Source: Octopus sinensis | Taxonomy: Eukaryota | DNA length: 64,000 bases | Direction of reading: 5' to 3' | Assembly: GCF_006345805.1 (NCBI RefSeq) | Contig: NC_043003.1 | Span: forward strand, 87,544,001 to 87,608,000 | Shown: positions 51,500-64,000 of the stretch, in pieces | Numbering within the stretch: the stretch's first letter is position 1 | How the letters are laid out: each line of letters opens with the position of its first letter | Program-made: the position numbers and the translations under genes | Notes under the pieces: generated by a model | Seen by the model: only the letters and a program-made list of their open reading frames with translations | Databases searched by the model: none | What the model was told of the DNA's origin: nothing

Positions 51500-53325
51500 G
51501 CCATCTACCACTCCTCTTTTACCACCTCCGTCACCTATACTCCTACTGACTCCAATTCTTATGTTGACTTTTCCTCTTCCCACCCTACCCACACTAAACT
51601 ATCCATCCCCTACTCTCAGTTCCTCCATCTCCATCAGGTCTGTAGTAACAACCATCATTTAGAGTTTGTCTCATGGTCTAAATTCATTTAAACCCATCCT
51701 ACACACACACTTACACACCACCCACCTCTTTCAATTTCCACTGTCTCCTCAACTTCTACCCTGCACACACCTACACTATATTCTTGAACTCATTTGCCTA
51801 CACCACACACACCATTTACGTAAAAACTGCTTATACATACACCAACATGGAAACACTCCTTCTTCCTGTCTCACACACACTAGCACCCACACTTCTATAT
51901 CTGTCTTCATACTTTTAGTAGCAAGTATATAATAATACACACTTCCAAACACCTAACACTTTTGTCACCTCTATCCAGCTTGAGTCATATAACATCCTCA
52001 CACACACACACACACAAACAAGCAGAAAATAACACCCTTACACTTACATGCACAAACACACACAAGCTCTTGCACATACACATACATACATTGATAGCCT
52101 TATATACTTTACAAAACCTGAAAACAGATACATACACTCACATACACACATGTCTAACAGCTTCATACACATACATAAACAGATACATACATACACACAC
52201 ATGCACAAACACAATATACATGCACGCAATAACATCATACACATGTACTTGAACACACACCCACACATTGGATAGCCTCGTATTTGGATTATCACCTTCC
52301 TGGATTTTGCTGAGCACTGTTGTTGATTTGTATCACACCAATCTAACAAGACTTCACAAACTTTACTAATGTTACTTCTTTACCTTCCTTGTCACATTCC
52401 TCTAATATACTTGATATTCCCTCCTCCATCTGCACCACCATTTCAAATATTACACACTACATTTCCTACCTTGGAAGTACCAACCGTCTTTCAACCTTTC
52501 TTTACACATTTTAAAAGAAGAAACCATTTCTCTTGCTATACTTCTTTCTTCAGTTGTTGCTATCATCTCAACCACATACCTAAAGGCTTCTGTCTTCACT
52601 GCAACTCTACCTCTTACTCTTCCTCCACCAACTTATGTGTTTATCTGCTTTGATCTCATTAAACTATTCACCCTTGACTGCCTTCTCCCACTTGCCTATT
52701 CTTTCTTCTTTTCCTGCTGCTCTCCCTTTGCTGTCCACTCTACCTTCCGTTTTGTCCTCCACCTCAACTGCCTTTCCCTTGCTGAGCATTCTCTCCTTCA
52801 GGGGAGTCTCCATTTTATACCACTTTGTTCAGTAACTAGTTTTGGACCAGGGACAATGTCCAACACTTTTTGCACCATGTTAGGTTGCATGCCCTCTTTC
52901 ACAATGCTCCACTTGCATCCACTGAATAAGGCTGCTTCAACAAGACCTGGGTCACTGACCATCCCACTGGATACCAGCTTCTGGCCAGTTCCATGCAGTC
53001 GATTAGTTTGCAAGTGTTTGCCACCATGCCCTGGACCAGTTCAACTTCAGCAGGTGCTCCAGTCAACTCACAAGCCAAATGCTCAGTCCTCTGTTGCCTC
53101 CAAATGCCATGAGGACATATTGTTGAACTGACTGACAAGGATGAAGCTGTGGTTGTGTGGCTGATGTGCTCCACCAACTTCTAGACATCTCCTCTCATAC
53201 TCTATCCACCGACCCCATTCCTCACTATGAACAAGTTGTTTCTTTCACAATCCATGTACTTATTTCCTCCTCCTTTCTACCCCACACTGCCTCCAGCCTC
53301 ATTTTCCAGAGCCCAGCTGCCCCAT
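51500..53325 (+). mobile_element. Tandem degraded Neptune-type Penelope-like pieces with CA-rich tails
   Basis: PTDSNSYVDFSSSHPTHTKLSIPYSQFLHL (RT C-terminus); IPKGFCLHC N-terminal segment at about 52575. Confidence 0.65.
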
Positions 53326-53330
53326 TGTCT

Positions 53331-56300
53331 CATAGCTTCCCAAAGTGGGCAATATTGCCCACCAGTGGGCGATTTCAACTTACAGGTGGGTGATAGATGA
53401 ATTTCTAGAAAAATGGTGGGCAATATGAACATTTTGTGGGTGACAATGAATTTTTAGAAATTACATCTGCATTTACTGATATCTAGGCAGGCCTAGAATA
53501 AGGATGCACTTTTATCGATTTTACTTGCATAAGACGTCACTTTGTGTTAAAAAAGTGGACTTGTTTATCGATCGAATATTTTTGTCACAGTCATTGAGAT
53601 GGTTGTCGCGCGTGCTAAAAATAGCAGCCAATAGGCCTAGGCCTTAAATCACACTCCACTACAAATTTTATTTTTTGCATAATCGTATGAACTCCCGCGT
53701 ATAGAACTCAAATTCGCAAAAATTTTCTGCAAACTCCAAAAAATAAAAGTTATGAGGATTTATATATCATTGCATAATTCTGTGGTTTCATATCAAAACA
53801 CAAGTGCTATTTTCAGGTTGTTGACAAAATGTGCAGTCACGCACAAAATGACAGCTTTGAAATTATGTTTCTTGACTGGGTGAAAATGATCAAACTTTAA
53901 ACCTCTATAACTTTTTAAAAATATTTTTCCAGAAAAAGTTGAAGTGGGGTGGCTGTGTCGTAAGTAGCTTGCGTACCAACCACATAGTTCTGGGTTCATT
54001 CTCACTGCTTGGCACCTTGGGCGAGTGTCTTCTACTATAGCCTCGGGCCAACCAAAGCCTTGTGAGTGGATTTGGTAAGCAGAAACTGAAAGAAGCCCAT
54101 CGTATATATGTATATATATATGTATGTGTGTGTATATGTTTGTGTGTTTGTGTTTGTCCCCGTAACTTAGCAGTTTGGCAAAGAGATCGATAGAAGTACT
54201 AGGCTTCCAAAGAATAAGTCCTGAGGTCGATTTGCTCGACTAAAGGCAGTGCTCCAGCATGGCCGCAGTCAAATGACTGAAACAAGTAAAAGACTAAAAG
54301 AGTAACTCCAGCAATTTAGCTTGGAAAGGTACATTAATGTGCCAAATTCTAAAATTTTCAATAGACTTTCATTTTTGAAATGCTGGCAGCCAAACAACCT
54401 AGATCCATATTTGCTCCAGTAAAGACGTGTCATCTGACTCTGCTCTATTGACTTTTTCTTCTCTTTGGGAATACCATACTGCCTTTCTGATGCCATCTAT
54501 AGAAATTCATTTTCACTTTACTGATGCCTCCAGTCAAGAAACTTTGTTAGTGATTATTTATCGTTTGAATTTATTCCCTCTCCTCAGAACTGTCAGTTAC
54601 CAATGTGCCTTCTTTTCCATTGGGCATTGACCAATGAAGCAATGAAACCTTCACACTTGAAGTATCACTTTGACGCCAAGCGTTCTGACATGAAGGACAA
54701 GCTGTTATCATACTTTTTGCAACTGAGCTCCTCTTTCAAAAAGCAAATACAAACATTCAACACACTACTCCAGGAAACTAGTAAACAGGAGAATGATGGG
54801 TTGATTGCATCATACAACATTGTATCGCTTGTTGCTAAGTCTGAGAAGTCTCATACAATTAGTGAAACATTACTTCGCCCAATTATAGAAGAGGTTTTGT
54901 CAACTGTTATACACAAGAAACCCAATAACATTATGAAGAAGATCCCATTTAGTAATAACACAATTTCTCGAAGGATCAATGAAATGGCCAATGATGTCTA
55001 ACATCAGCTCGTTAATATTCTCCAGCATTCTGAATTTTCTATACAAGTGGATGAGTCAGCTGTTGTGGACAATCAATGTTTGATGATGGTATATGTTTAG
55101 TATTTCAGCGAAGACCTTCAACCTTGTGAGGAAATGCTGTTCACAGAGAAATTGCTGCTTGATTCAAGAGGTGCAACTATTTTTCACGCTTGCAAGTCAT
55201 TCCTTTTTGAATATAATATCTCACTCAGTAATATTCTTGCCTGTGCATCTAATGGAGCCCCTTCAATGATAGGAAGATACAGAGGTTTTTCATCTCTCCT
55301 AGAGGTGTGAAATTTCCCACCAGCTACTAACTGTTCGTTGCTTGGCACATTGGCAGCATTTAGTGGCAAAAAATATGTACAGTAGATTGAATGATGTGCT
55401 ACATTTAGTTACCAAGACTGAACAAATTGAAGTCCAGTCCCTTGTCTGACTGAATTTTCTGTTGACTCTGTCTGAGAAATGATGAGGACCATACTAAATT
55501 CTTATACCATACTGAAGTGCAGTGGCTGTCAAAAGGAAACTGTGTTTTACACTTTGTTGAAATGTTTTATATATCCTTTTCTTTGAAAATACTCCACTAT
55601 CCACTTCATTAATGGCTGCAAGGTGCGATGTCTTTTTTCTTTGTGATATATCTACAAAATTAAATAATTTGAATAAGTTATTGCAAGGAAACAGAAAAAC
55701 TCTTGTTGATTGTAAATCATTTACACCTTCATTTCAAAATTGGTTTTTGTTTAAGACTAACATTTCAAAACATCTATTCCATCAATTTCCACAACTTGTT
55801 TCTTTGAAAGATGAATTGATTGATGAAGATTTAACTACATATCACAGCTATTTACAATCATTGCATGATAACATGGTGGAGCAATTTCAAGATGTTATTG
55901 CGCTGAATATTCCAAATTGGTATAGCAATCCATTTGAGGTCGGTGCAGTCAATTGTGAGGATGACGTTCAGTAGGAATTGATAGAATTACAAAATGACAA
56001 TGCGATACTGTCGGAATAGCAAAGAAGGTTTGTGGTACCATCAGAGTATATTGAATTCATACCCCAATCTGTGGCACCATCTGAAATTTATTTTGCTTGC
56101 CTTCCCTACCTCATACTTTGTTGAATCTGGTTTTAACAATGTTGGAACTTTACTTTCCCATAAAAGAATTGGACTGGGTGTGATACAACGAGGAGACTTG
56201 CAGCTAAAGTTGACAAGTTTGAAACCGAATCTATCTGCACTAGCTGCATCGCACCAAACTCATGGTTCTCATTAAAAAGTTGTATTCTTTTCCTTTATAA

Positions 56301-56670
56301 TACAATCATTAATTATTTTTGCATCAGTTGTTCTGAAAATGAAAATCAGTGTAAAAGAAAGCACAAGTTTCTAGAAGTTAATCTGTCTGCATAATTTAGA
56401 ATTAATGTTAGAATTTTATTTACACTAATGGAAAAACTTAACCCACAATAAAGGATCTGTAAACAACTGCATATCTAGTCCAAATGGCACTAACAGGGCA
56501 ACGAGTCTACGATATAGTGTGTGTGTCAAATGATAGGGGTGGGGTCTTAGGGGATTTTGTGTTGTGGGGTTGTGTCAGGGTTTTTTTTGACATGGGTGGG
56601 CAATGGACCTGTTTTTTGGCTGATAGGTGGGCAGTATTGCAATTTGGTGCAAAAAGTTTGGGAAACACTG
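53331..56670 (+). mobile_element. Degraded hAT transposon (Buster/Charlie-like) with internal insertions
   Basis: NEAMKPSHL, SHTISETLLRP, FSNNTISRRINEM, VDES, FPTSYFVESGF, RGDLQLKLTSLKPN. 3' TIR GTTTGGGAAACACTG ends at 56670; the 5' TIR CATAGCTTCCCAAAG is degenerate and no TSD match was found. Confidence 0.85.
53944..54300 (+). mobile_element. SINE family A, relatively young, inside the hAT
   Basis: Full head, core and GCAGTGCTCCAGCATGGCCGCAGTCAAATGACTGAAACAAGTAAAAG tail. Confidence 0.92.
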
Positions 56671-56719
56671 GGCTATGTGAATCTATTCATTAGCTATGTT
56701 GAAGCAAAAATATTATCTC

Positions 56720-57890
56720 AGTTTACCAGTCCCATTCCTGAGCTGTAAGGTCAGTATATTGGCAACTATATCAATATGACCTCTTGCAAACAACTCAACT
56801 CCTTCCTGTCTTTTGTTCAGTTTGTCCACCTTACTTTTGAATTCTTCTGTTCTGTTAGTTTTCTCAACATTTCTGTTACCATCTCCATCCACTACATGCC
56901 TACAGACTCCCACTCCTACATCGACTTTCCTCCTCCCATCCTACCTACACTAAACTATTCATCCCCTACTCTCAATTCTTCCATACTCATCAGGTCTGTA
57001 ATGACAGCCATCACTTCGAGACATAACCCCCAATTCATGTCTTAGCACTTACCCAATATAATTACCCCCAATACTTTTATTCATGCAGCCTCGCCTGTGC
57101 TCAGTCTGTTTACCATGCATCTGCCTTCTCTCCCTGCCTCTGTTCCACACTTACTCACCTCCACTTCTCACTATCCTTCACTCTATCCATCCAATCCCCT
57201 ATTTTATGTGGTTTCTACCAACTCCTCTCTAACCCCCCTATTTCTCACATCTTCCCCAATCTACACCTTACTTTTATCAAATCTACGTGGAACCTAAGTG
57301 ACCTACTAGTCAGTTGCTTTTTCCCCACTCGACCTGGTTCCTTCCTCTGCTATCGCCTCTCCCTTCCTCTCTAACACCATCATTTTTACTGGCACCCACA
57401 ATCACTCCTTCCACATAGCCAACTCTTTCACTTGCACACTGATCCTTCTGTTCTCTTTGCTTCTCACTGTGCATTGGACAAACTAGTCAGTGCCTGTCTG
57501 ATCATTTTTCCAAATATCTTGGAGACATCAGATGTCATAGTGATATCCCAGTCTGTAACATTTCCACTAGATTTACTACAATGTGTATGTGTTTAAACTG
57601 GCCTTGCACTAAGGCCTCCTGGACTTCTGTCTCTATCTGGAGCAGGTACTGATTTCTCTCTCCATACTTCCCTCAGGGTCTAAATTCTCCACCTATTTTC
57701 ATTTAAATTCCTCCTACACACACGTACACACACCACATGCCCTTTCATTACCACTATTCCCTCCACTACACCTATTCTACACTGTTTAACTCATTCTCCT
57801 ACACCACAAAAACCATTTACATTCAAACAACTTATACATACACTCACACACGCACACACACACACACACATTTCTTCCTACTTCACACAT
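56720..57890 (+). mobile_element. Neptune-type Penelope-like 3' half
   Basis: ISIHYMPTDSHSYIDF; GIY-YIG region parallels 38450-39300 (TGCACTGGACAAACTAGTCAGTGCC..GACATCAGATG). Confidence 0.75.
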
Positions 57891-57919
57891 ACTAGCATCC
57901 GCTAAAAATGATTGGCCTC

Positions 57920-58385
57920 TTTCTGACTTCACACATCAGCATAGTCATGGAAGGAATTGTCCGAACAAAACTAATTGCATTCCTTGAAGAGAATGATTTG
58001 TTGACTGACACCCAGCACAGTTTTCACTTAGGTAGATGCTGCTTGACACAACTGAAATGTGGATGTGATATATCTCAACTTTGCAAAAGCCTTAAGTAAA
58101 ATATGTCACAAGCTGCATGATCTTAGCATTGTTGAAAAACTTGGAAAGTGGCTACATGACTTTTTGAAAGGTAGAAGTCACTCAGTGGTGGCCAGTGGAG
58201 CCACAAATAATGAGTGGTAGTCCACATGGTATTGTCTTAGGGCCACTGCTATTCATAGTGGCCTTCTCAGCTACTCAGATAGCCACCCTTGCTAGCTATG
58301 CAGATGACACAAAAGTCTCTCAGGAGATACAGAACCCTGGATATATTACACACATGCAACAGGAGTTGGATGCAATAGATGGGTG
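57920..58385 (+). mobile_element. Old CR1-type RT fragment
   Basis: FLEENDLLTDTQHSF, GSPHGIVLGPLLFIV, SYADDTKV. Confidence 0.75.
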
Positions 58386-58469
58386 TGCTGTTTGTTTTTT
58401 GTAATGTTTGAATATCTATTGCTTTGACACATTCTATTCTATTGGCTATTAACATTGATGAATATTTTC

Positions 58470-59955
58470 TTTCAGGTAGTATTTGTTTTCATTCTTGAAA
58501 TATTTTATTATAAGTTTTGAAATTTGAAATTGTTGTGCAGATTCTTCTTGCTTAATTAAATGGAATATTAGTCTTTGTGTGTTTGGGATGGTATTAGGAG
58601 AAAAGCTGGTATTTGGATTCTGCTTTTGTAATGAATGTATGTTTCAATGTTTGTCTCTGTTTTAATGATTAGAATGTCCATGAATGGTAGTTGAGTCTTA
58701 CTGTATTCCATGGTGAAGTTAATACTATTATTTATACTGTTAATTAGGTTTTTGAAATCAATAAGCTGGTCAAATATGTGCATCCACAGAATCAGGCAGT
58801 CATCAAGTTGTATTTTAATTGTTCATATTTCTGGACCTCCATGTATACCATGACTAAATTGTCATAAGTCAGAGAAACTTTTGTAACCCTCTTGGTCCCA
58901 GACATTTGCATGTAAATATTGCCATTAAAGTAAAAAAATTGTTTTCAATGATGAATTTGAATCTATTCTGTCAGGGATTTTTTGTGCCAGAAACCTATTA
59001 CTTCTAGTCAATATTGGTGCAGGATTGTGGTATAGAGGTTTACTACATAAAATTATACAATAATGGTATCTTTATTGATAATTTTCGGTGAGTAGTTTAA
59101 CAGGTCCAGTTTCAGGAGTGTATCTATAAAATTGCTGAGTCTGTATGTTTCATATTTGGACCTGCTACAATTGGTCTAAATTTAAAGTCGGTGGGATGTT
59201 GTGTATTTATACAACTTGAACTTGATTTTTTACAGGCATCTTTAATAGTTTGGTTCTTGTGGATTTTGAGGAGGCCATAGAAGTAGCTAGTTTTGCATTC
59301 AAAATTAGTTAGGTAGTCACATCGTTTGTTAAACCCTTTAGGAGTCAGTGAATGAGTGTGTTAAGGTTTGTCATCATCTTTGATTTTTGGTAACTGTTTA
59401 CCTTTTCGTAATTGGTTGTATTTTGTTGTAGAGATAATATAGCACTTTTATAATGTTCAGCATTCATAATAATTACAGCACTTCCCTTTTCTGCTTCCTT
59501 AATTATTATTTATTTTTTAGTTCATGTATAATTTTTTTGTTCCTTTCAAATGGTGTTGGGTTTGATTTTAGAGTGTGGTAGTTCTTTGTATGGGTAGGTA
59601 GATAAAGAAATCACAAAATTTATCTAATGCTTTGTTCTTACTTTTCATAGGCTTGCAACTGCTTTTGTTTCTTACAATTGATTTGTCCCTGTATTCTTTA
59701 TCAAATAATTTCTCTGCTAGGTGCAATTTGCTACTGAACTATAAAATATGATTCTATATTTCTTTAGAGTTAGGGTATTGTGGTGTTGGAGTAAATTTTA
59801 GGCCTTTTGAGAACATGGTAATTTCTTGTACTGAAAGAGTTCTTTTGGATAGGTTAATTATCTTTGGTTTCTCATCTTCAGTTTGTATCATTGGGTGTGA
59901 AGAATTCTGTCAGCTGGGTCTAAAGAACAATCTTTTGAATTCATCCTTGTATTAC
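58470..59955 (-). mobile_element. Penelope-like RT fragment, interrupted by mariner (may continue at 61037-61255)
   Basis: FKNLINSINNSINFTMEYSKTQLPFMDILIIK. Confidence 0.7.
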
Positions 59956-59957
59956 TA

Positions 59958-61034
59958 TCAGGTCATTAAGAATGACAAGTCCAATTTTCTTATGCACCAA
60001 GTTTGGCAGTCATTAACTCTATGTTTTATCCTGACAATCCTTTGTTTTACAACATTGAAGAGTTACATCATCACTTTTTGAAACGCAATTCATGGTGTCT
60101 GATTATATTGTGAGTTTTCTCTTGTAAATCAATTTTTGTGAACCCATGGATAGATAAAAAATTCATGTTGTTTATGAATATGAGTTCCATCGTGGAACCA
60201 ATGCATCCGAGACAGCTCAAAATATCAAAATATGCATGAGTTAGCAGCAAGGTTTGGTGTTTCGATTCCAACTGTATTGGACCGTCTGAATCAAATTGGC
60301 AAGGTGAAGAAGCTGGACAAATGGGTACCACATGAACTGAACGAGCATCAAATGTTGTCACAGCATAAAACTATTTTTGCATTATTTTTTTATGTGTAAT
60401 GAAAAATGGATTCTTTTCAACAATATCAAACATTCTGCATGGTTGTTAGATAGAGACGAAGTGCTAAAACACAATCCCCAAAAAAATATTCACCAAAAAA
60501 AGCTAATGGTGCCTGTTTGGTGGTCCAGTGCTGGTGTCAAGCTCTACAGCTTCATGAGACCTGGTAAGTTAATTACAACGGATGTGTACATCAACCAATT
60601 GAATGAAATGATGAGTGAACTTGCAATTAAACAACTGAGAAGCAGGCCAATTCTCTTGCAAGACATATGCTCGACCACATGTTGCACAAAAAACACTACC
60701 TAAGTTACAGGAACTGAACTTGAAAGTACTCTGTCATCTGCTATATTAACCAGACCTTGCACCAACTGACTATCATTTTTTCAAGGCTTTAGACAATTTT
60801 TTGCAAGGATAAAACTTCAAATCTGAAGATACAAAAACAGCTTTTTGTGATTTCATCACCTCTTGCTTTCTAGAATTCTTTGCTGCTGGCATAAATAGGC
60901 TACTGATAAAATGGCAAAATTGTGTTGATAATTTAGGTGCAATACTTTGATTAACTAACTGCATTGCTTTTTGTTTAGATAAAATAAAATAAACTTTCAG
61001 TTCAAAATCAGACATTTCATTCTTAATGACTTGA
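59958..61034 (+). mobile_element. Mariner (Hsmar1-like DD34D), internally deleted and degraded
   Basis: TA|TCAGGTCATTAAGAATGA ... TCATTCTTAATGACTTGA|TA termini; YEYEFHRGTNAS, KWVPHEL, NEKWILFNN, PDLAPTDYHFF. Confidence 0.9.
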
Positions 61035-61257
61035 TATTTATGTATCTATTGATATTTTCTCTGTTATTATATACTCTTTTGTATTGAATTTGTATATTTG
61101 TAGGTCTGGATTGTGGTTGTTTCTGTCTGTAATTGTTTTTTAAGTTGTTACTTTTTTATCCATTGTGTATGTTATAATCTTCGGTTCTGGAAAAAGTTCA
61201 GTCTAGCAAGAGGGAGAACTTGGATTTATTTAGTTGTTGGAGTATTCTGGAATTGTC

Positions 61258-62075
61258 CGTGCAAACAGCCATGCTACATGACAGTGAAACATGGGCTGTT
61301 ACTACTGAGGACATGCATAGACTTGAAAGATATGAAGCTAGTATTTTCTGCTGGAAGTGTAATGTCAGTGTGCATATATGACAGTGTAAGTGCCCTGAGA
61401 GAAAAGTTGGACATAAGAAGCATCAGATATGGTATGCAAGAGAGACGACTGCACTGGTATGGTCATGTGTTGCATATAGATGAGGACAGCTGTGTGAAGA
61501 AATGTCACACCTTAACAGTAGAGGGAACCTATGGTAGAGGTAGACACAGGAAGACATGGTATGAGGTGGTGAAGCACAGCCTTCAAATGTTGGGCCTCAC
61601 CAAGGCGATGACAAGTGACTGAGACCTTTGGAGATATGCTGTGCTTGAGAGGACCTGGTAAGCCAAGTGAGATTGTAGCCGTGGCAGATGCTAATGTCAC
61701 ATAACTGGCCCATTTAAAAGCACCCTTCAATCGTCGGGCAATATGCCGTGCTTGTAAAGACCTGTTGAGCCAAGTGAAATTGTAGTTGTGGCCAATGCCA
61801 GTGTCCCCTGACTGGTACCTGTGCTGGTGGCATGTACAAAGCACCATTCGAGCATGACCAATGCCAGTGCCACCTGACTGGCTCCCATGCTGGTGGCATA
61901 TAAAAAGCACCCACAACACTCTTGTAGTATTTGGCATTAGGAAGGGCATCCAGCTGTAGAAACCTTGCCAAATCAGATGGAGTCTGGTGCAGACTCCCAG
62001 CTTACCAGTCCTCAGTCAAACTGTCCAACCCATGCCAGCCTGTAAAGTGGACGTTAAATGACAATGATGATGATG
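61258..62075 (+). mobile_element. RTE family 1 3' end
   Basis: LREKLDIRSIR..LHWYGHV..GRGRHRKTW; 3'UTR repeats; GGACGTTAAATGACAATGATGATG tail. Confidence 0.9.
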
Positions 62076-62204
62076 AATTTGGTGAATATAATTTTCATTT
62101 TTAGGTACTTGATTAGTTAGTTGTGAATGAGATTTTTGAATTTTAACTTTCTTCAAGAATGAGTTACCAGTAGAGTACTCACTTTCTTGAAATCAGATTC
62201 ATAA

Positions 62205-63900
62205 CACAGGTCTATGATAAAAAAAATTGTTTCACATTTATTGGTTGAAACTGACCAATATTTACCTGCAGATTTCAAAAATTACAAAGAAATCATCCTA
62301 TAATATACTATTTCTTCTCAAAATTGATCAATCCCAAATTTGACCATTGTCTTGTTATTATTACTATTAATTGTCATATTTAAATAAATTATAACAGTGT
62401 AACTAATAGATGTAATTTTGAAAGATAAGCATCTGCCAATATTTAGACCACTTCATCTACACAAAGGCAGAAATAGCTATGATGATGAAGACTTTCATAG
62501 CAGTGAAGGTGAAGAACCTCAACTATTCAGCCAGTGTAAATTAAATGATTTAGTCAGGCTTACAAAGGAATCAGCTGAGCTTTTATGTTCCAGACTTAAA
62601 TCCAATATTTTAGCTCCTCATGCAATATTCTATTGGTATTGTAACTGTGAAAAAGAATTTGTTCCTTATGTTAAAAAAAATTTGGTTTATTGTACAAATC
62701 CATCAGAACTAATAGGAAAATTTGGCATAAGTTACTGCTCTCAAAAATAATGACTATTGTTCTACTGCATAATGGTAATAAGTATGTTTCCATCCCTATT
62801 GGACACACAGGGATCATGAAGGAAACATGAAAATTTGATGTTACTTTTACACAAGGTCAAATTCAAAAATTGCAACTTGATATGTGACAACTTGAAAATA
62901 ATTTGCATGTTGCTTGGACAACAGTCAGGCAGTACAGAGTTTCCTTGTTTCTTGTGTAAAAGGGAAAGTAGAACCAGGAACCTTCATTGGTTTTAAAAAA
63001 GAATGACTAAGTAGGGAAAAGCTTATACCAGGAACAAAGAATATCCTTCAACGAAGTTTGGTTGATCGGAAAAGGTTTTTTTTTGCCTCCTCTACATATA
63101 TGACTTAGCCTCATAAAGCAATTCATGAAAGCTTTGCCACAGGATGAAGAAAGATTCAAGTAATTGTGTAGCAAGTTTCCTGCTCTATCAGATGCCATTT
63201 GTCAAAGATAAAAATTTTGAAAACTCTCTTTATGATTCTCAAAAAAAGATGCATAGATTAGTTTTAATTATGTAATGAAGAACTTTTTTGGTAATCACAA
63301 GGATTGAAAACTAAGAAGAAATAGTGGAAAGAATGCTAGAAAAGTTTGAGGCCTTAGTATGTAAAATGAGCATTAAAGATAATTTTCTATGTGCCCATTT
63401 GAATTTCTTTCTAGAAAATCTGAGGGATGTGAGTGAGTGGCAGAGGGAAAATATCATCATCACATAAAGGATATGAAAGAAGATATCTGGGAAGATGGAA
63501 TGTCAATATGATAGTCAACTACTGCTGGATGTTGCATCATCCATATCCATCAAGTGCTCACAGGTGAAAGAGTTTCCAGTGTTGTTTCCAAGAGAAAAAA
63601 AATAAATTGTAAGGTGTTGAACCTAAAAAATGAATGGAACCCTTGTAAAAATCTATTTTCTCACTTTGTAATTGCATTTGTACCATTTCATTTTGCTAAA
63701 TAAAGTACGAAATTCATTTATATTCTTTTTCTTTTTTTTTATCATATGTGGATTTAACTGCAAATAATTATGGTATATTTTATCATTAAATTGTTAGACA
63801 ACCTGAGGTAATGGGAAACAGCTTCTTTGATATTTTGAATTAGTACCACAAAAACATATAAAGTAACATACAGTTAAAAAAAAAACATTTTTTAAAAAAG
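62205..63900 (+). mobile_element. Degraded Chapaev3-like (CMC) DNA transposon
   Basis: 5' CACAGGTC terminus; PQLFSQCKLNDLVR..KESAELL, LLHNGNKY, LKIICMLLGQQSG..FPCFLC, LPPLHI, MSIK..F. Right end approximate. Confidence 0.75.
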
Positions 63901-64000
63901 TAATTGGCGAACCAAAGAACACTTTTCTTCATTGTTGAGAGATACTAATTCTTCATTTTTACATTTTTCTCTCCAAAGTTTAATTGTATTTTCTAGGATT

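Overview
AT-rich eukaryotic genomic DNA, most likely an octopus or other cephalopod. This is inferred from the tRNA-derived SINE families, the RTE elements with (GAT)n tails and the very long (TA)n arrays. It contains a 100-N scaffold gap at 10005-10104, and the segment left of the gap shows homopolymer-type errors. The only host gene I can support is a + strand SLC1/EAAT-family glutamate or neutral amino acid transporter. It is seen as two small coding exons (18661-18745 and 30388-30430) that splice in frame to ...YAEDLFADLIR|NIFPDNIIGASFRQ. I found no other exons of it, so most of the window is probably its introns. The rest is a layered transposon landscape. LINEs: two RTE families (one with a PHD-type finger inside the RT), a near-intact GC-rich CR1, and L1/Tx1 pieces. 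Penelope-like elements: Neptune-, Naiad- and Poseidon-like pieces. DNA transposons: piggyBac, mariner, maT, hAT (Buster/Charlie), Chapaev3 and Helitron remnants. Several SINE families and microsatellites are also present. Notable structures are an inverted piggyBac pair, a fold-back mariner and further inverted repeats in the transporter intron; a possible poison cassette exon; a 5'-inverted (twin-priming-like) RTE; an ORF1-only L1/Tx1-like element; and pre-miRNA-sized hairpins. Family assignments come from motif recognition by eye, not database searches, and many element boundaries are approximate.
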